Below are positions 59,685 to 64,000 of a DNA stretch of 64,000 nt, piece by piece. The DNA comes from Lepidodermella squamata. Its lineage: Eukaryota; Animalia; Gastrotricha. The stretch is taken from positions 496,001 through 560,000 of the forward strand of contig JBLDXI010000003.1 of assembly GCA_047495785.1 (NCBI GenBank), written 5' to 3'. The translations under genes and the position numbers were made by a program. Under the pieces are notes generated by a model that saw only the letters and a list, made by a program, of their open reading frames with translations, was not told the origin of the DNA and ran no database searches. The stretch's first letter is position 1. Each line of letters starts with the position of its first letter.

Positions 59685-61595
59685 TTTTTACTCGCTGAAA
59701 AATTTGTTTGTAATACAGAGCTATACAGAGCGACACGCTGCAAAAAATCGATTTAGCATGTGTAAAAATACTAATGAATGGCATCCGAGCTAGTATACTA
59801 CTATAGGATGCGATTGGATTAACAACAGAAAAACAGGAATTATTATTGATGAAAAAATACGACCGTATTTTATTATGAATGTGCGTTATAAAGTATGACC
59901 AATATTTTTTTTGCCTCGCATTTTTTCAATAACTTCGTGACCATGAGGAATTTTTTGGAGCGGTTTTCACCATTTGATAAATCAGGTCTTCGGTAAACTT
60001 TCCTCAAATTTTCGTCAAAATTGGTTCAGAGCGAAGAAATTGGTGACAAAAATGCCGTTTGCGGTTTCAATTAAGAATTCTCATTTTTGAAAAATGGCAT
60101 TTTTCAGGTTTTTTGGTTTGGCGGCATCATCCTGTGGAAAAGCTTTATTCGGTCATTTTCTTCGTTGGGAATTAGATCAATAACACGTCTCCAACAGAGA
60201 AATTCATCTTGACACCCACAGAAAAGTTCTTATCCACCAACAGCGATCCGAAATGGCTTTTTGAATTTTTTTGAGTGGTCTGTGCCAACCTGGTGATGCC
60301 GCAAGTTTCGGACAGTCGTATGATTTTTTTTTTGGAATCGGTGACTCCGATTAGTCACAGGCCATCTCTCAAACGGCTCAAATCCTCAGGGAAGAGTGAT
60401 GATCAGCTCTTGCCATATTGGACGCAAAAATGCCATTTTTCAAAAATGAGAATTCTTAATTGAAACCGCAAACGGCATTTTTGTCACCAATTTCTTCGCT
60501 CTGAACCAATTTTGACGAAAATTTGAGGAAAGTTTACCGAAGACCTGATTTATCAAATGGTGAAAACCGCTCCAAAAAATTCCTCATGGTCACGAAGTTA
60601 TTGAAAAAATGCGAGGCAAAAAAAATATTGGTCATACTTTAGATAATTATAAATATTCCGTAATTTTTGTACGATATAAATGACTAGTGCTGAAATTAAT
60701 ACGGAAGGCGCTGCAATAGCCATGTTTTGAAAGAACGAAAGTCAGCTTTTAGCTCAGGAGTAATCCTAATTCGGGTTCGGGTCTTTCCAGCTTTTTTTGT
60801 TCCACCCATCTTGCTGTGGTTCCGGATTCAACAATCGGCCGTCTATATTCTCGTATTCATCGAAATATTATCATCAAATTCTAGTCCTCACAATTAAAAA
60901 TTCAAGCTCTTAGAGGCTGTGCGCAGCTTGGAACCGGCAACCGTCTATCCTCGCGGGTCTAAACAGGTGCTCCATGTCTCCTTCCTGTTCTTTTTTCTTC
61001 AGCTTCTGATGCCGTACTTTCGCTGGTCACGCCTCGCACTTTTTACCTCAGTTTGCTCCCATACTCAGTTTGGACAGAGAACAAAAAGTACCCAAAGAAT
61101 GAAAAAAGCATGCCCGTCATCAAATGTTGCCCGTCGGTGAAATTAACTCAATCGACAGAATTGATTTAATAATTTTACTTCACCGAATGTCCGTGGCAAG
61201 CCTTGACAATTCGGCCGAGTTTTCGCTTGTGAGCTGACAGCGAATGAGTTGACAGTTCACCGAGTTCTTGTTTCGTTAATATTGCTTTTCTTTCCAAACT
61301 ACTTGTTCCTCGCGTATTGTTTGTCTTTTTTAAATTGAGACTAAGTTAATGTATGTTTTTCTATAATTTTGCTTGATTTACGGATGGAAATCTGATCAAA
61401 TACTTGATCATTAATTTTTATAATAGGCGTGAACCGTGAAGCCTTAAAATTCAGGGCTCCGACATTACCTTAGTAATTTTTTCTCCACTAGGCTTTCCTT
61501 AAATAACGCTGTTCAAATAATATCTAAATTGGAAGAAAAATAGACATTTTTTCGGCTAATTTTTATTAAAGCTCGACCAACTTATCAGCAAAATG

Positions 61596-63342
61596 TCACT
61601 TTAAATGTAAAATATTTGACAGCGAGCTTAACGTATCTGTTTGCTGCGATAATTCAGCGGACACTGACAGAAATTCTCTTCGGATAAGTAAAGTGAGGTC
61701 ATAGCATTTCGAGAACAATTCCATTTTTCGGCACGTCTTCTCCGCGTCGCCTGCTGACCCAGAGGACCATAACATTAGCAGCGCCTGGTACATTTGCTTC
61801 TGCAAACGATTCATCCGTCCCGCTATCGATGAGTCATCAACTGAAAGAAAATAATATTGTGAAGGATAGAATACTTGAATGAAATTGGAGGAACTACCAT
61901 GAAAAAATAGGATTCCTAGAATGAGCGAGCTCTCGATGAAGGAAGGATTCAATTGAGCGAGGCAATCAGCCAGCCGACTACATGCGGCAAACGTAGCCTG
62001 GGTAGAAAAAATACGAATTTTCATATCAACAAAAAAATAAAAGCTTTTTATCAAAATTCAATGTTTTGTTGACTTTCATTTCCGTGGGAAAAACTATTGA
62101 AACTCCATAGAGAAAACATCGAGGATAAAGAATTCGAAATCCAATAATTTTGCGGATGAAATCCAGTTTCAAGTTAGAACCGTGACCCCTCTTGCACCTG
62201 ATCGATTTTCTCGGGTGCGAAGCTCTGATACATAGAAAAGGTACCGTGATGCATTCAGTTCCTGATGCAGAAGCGATTTGAATACGCTTTGGTGAATGTC
62301 AATGGTCGGCCCTGGCCATACTGGAGTATAACCCTGCAAGACATTATTTTTCGTCCGCTATCTTATTTTGCTGAAAAGAATACAAAGCGAGGATATAATT
62401 TTAAGGATTTAGGCACCCTGTTGTTGTAGTTTTCCTATTGGATTTTGTGATCTTCCGCTAATAGGAGGTGGACACAAAATTGCTTACTTTGAACATCGGG
62501 TAAGATTGAAGTGTAAGTTGCGAAAGTTCGTTACACATGCCGAGGGTCGAAGGAGGGCTCCCGTTCGGCAGGCTGTTGAAGAGCGCTTTCACATGAATTA
62601 CGCTCGTCGATCTGATCGCATCCAAATCTTCTTGGGTGAGATATATTGGGTCTATTCCTGAGCGAAACCAATATTGTTCAGTGAAGATACGATCATTAAG
62701 CGGCAATGTCTCAACCTTTGAAAAAATTGCCATATTCCTCACATATCATCGACTCGAATGCAGTTTGCTCCAGGCCCAACTTGACCACTGTTTCGATATT
62801 ATTGATAGCCGCAGAGGGTCTTTTCAGCGGTACTGATTCCAGGCCGTGAAAAAGCGTGAAAGCATTGGCTGTGCACATCATCATAGCTTCAGCTCTAGGT
62901 CCTAGTTTATTTTGCGGATTTGGGATTATCACAGGAGGGGATAGTCGAGTATCCTTCCTGGATATGGAATCCGATGATGCATTCGAGTCACTTTCGCCTG
63001 ATTCTTTTGTCATGAATTTACCTTTAAAATTGGGGAAATTATAGTTGATTGAAGAATAAGGGGTTTATGCTTACTTTGCAAACCAACCGACAAGCATTTA
63101 TCGTAACGGCATCGCTTACACATTTTCCCCTTCAAATGACTGGCTAATTTGCAAGGCGAGTTCTTTAATTGGTGGCCTCCGTTGGTTTCCTGTTGATCTT
63201 GTACACACACTAACCCATGAGGTTTTTCGCAGTGGCGCCTGAAGAACTTTTGACACGCCTCGCATGCTGTAGGCTGGTAGTCTTTGCGTCTAGGAACGAC
63301 AGAAGTGCAAATTTTACATAAAACAGCGTTGACAGGTGGCAT
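61596..63342 (-). CDS. Nuclear receptor D, duplicate
   Basis: ORF translations identical to 44788-46534. Confidence 0.88.
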
Positions 63343-63889
63343 TTTAAAACGATGAAAAATGTGTTTATACTGGAGAGAGGTAAAAGCAGTGCTATAGGGT
63401 GCGACACCCTAAAAAAATCGATGTAGAACGAGATGAATGACATCTGAGCTGCTACTTCTAGTTCAACAACTGAATACAGGAGAATCATCTCTCATTACGG
63501 ACGAAAAAACACGAGCAGATTTAATTATGAATTCGCGCTATAGATCTGCTTCTTCGGTTACCATGTTTAACGATTGAGATTTGAACTAAATGTGATTTGA
63601 ACTGAAAGCCTGAACGCCGGAGACGCAGCAAGTTTTCAGCTTTAGCTCGGGGTTGCTCCGGGGAAGTTTGCAACATTTTAATAGATAATTGCATTCATCG
63701 CCTCAGCCTAATCTCAAATAGAACCACGGGATTTGCTGATAAGCGATGTAAGAAAAGATGAACAGCGCGAAAACTCCCCTGATATTTATTTTCGCCTTCT
63801 GATGCTCAATTTCTCAACATCTGGCGCCTGGCTCACATGGTGTTTGCAGCATAGGCAATAGTATCTTAGAAGCTATCTGACGCTGAATC

Positions 63890-64000
63890 ATGGCTGGAGT
63901 TAACTTCCGATTACTAGAGGCCTGCTACGAAGGGCGAATCGATCAAGTCGAAGCTCTTCTACTCTCTGGCGAGTGCGATGCCAACAACCCCGCTAGTGAA
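63890..64000 (+). CDS. Ankyrin-SOCS gene duplicate, 5' part only (cut by the window edge)
   Basis: MAGVNFRLLEACYEGR... identical to the sequence from 47082. Confidence 0.8.
   Translation, partial: MAGVNFRLLEACYEGRIDQVEALLLSGECDANNPASE

Larger units (their letters stand above)
48540..64000. repeat. Tandem duplication unit, copy 2 (runs off the window end)
   Basis: Near-identical to 31734-47192. The only differences I noticed are a 2-bp insertion near 56152 and a G/A change near 61105. Confidence 0.97.

Overview
Eukaryotic (invertebrate animal) genomic DNA with many short (about 45-65 nt) GT-AG introns and dense transposon debris. The ORF track fragments most genes, so I rebuilt them by hand from splice sites. 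From left to right: (1) an apparently intact 15-exon Sola1-like DDD transposase with a Helentron/DINE-like element in one intron; (2) an 8-exon, about 964-aa Cys-loop (pentameric ligand-gated) channel subunit carrying two tandem beta-rich extracellular domains and a Ser/Thr stalk in front of the channel, lying head-to-head with a GPI-type Ly6/three-finger gene; (3) an intronless ankyrin-SOCS-box gene; (4) an older, rearranged duplication containing stefin-like cystatin genes, small secreted PAN/apple genes, SGNH-hydrolase fragments and a truncated nuclear receptor fused in frame to a zinc-finger ORF of mobile origin; (5) a 16.8-kb unit (31734-48539) repeated almost identically from 48540 to the window end. 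Each unit holds four highly divergent nuclear receptors (P-box CEACQK, long variable D-box), an SGNH hydrolase and a second ankyrin-SOCS gene. Mobile elements include TA-flanked MITEs, a hAT element with an 8-bp TSD carrying a tRNA-derived SINE, and a 5'-truncated RLE-type non-LTR retrotransposon. The best candidates for undescribed biology are the tandem-domain Cys-loop receptor (with its Ly6 neighbour) and the non-canonical nuclear receptor array. All family assignments come from motif recognition only; no searches were run.
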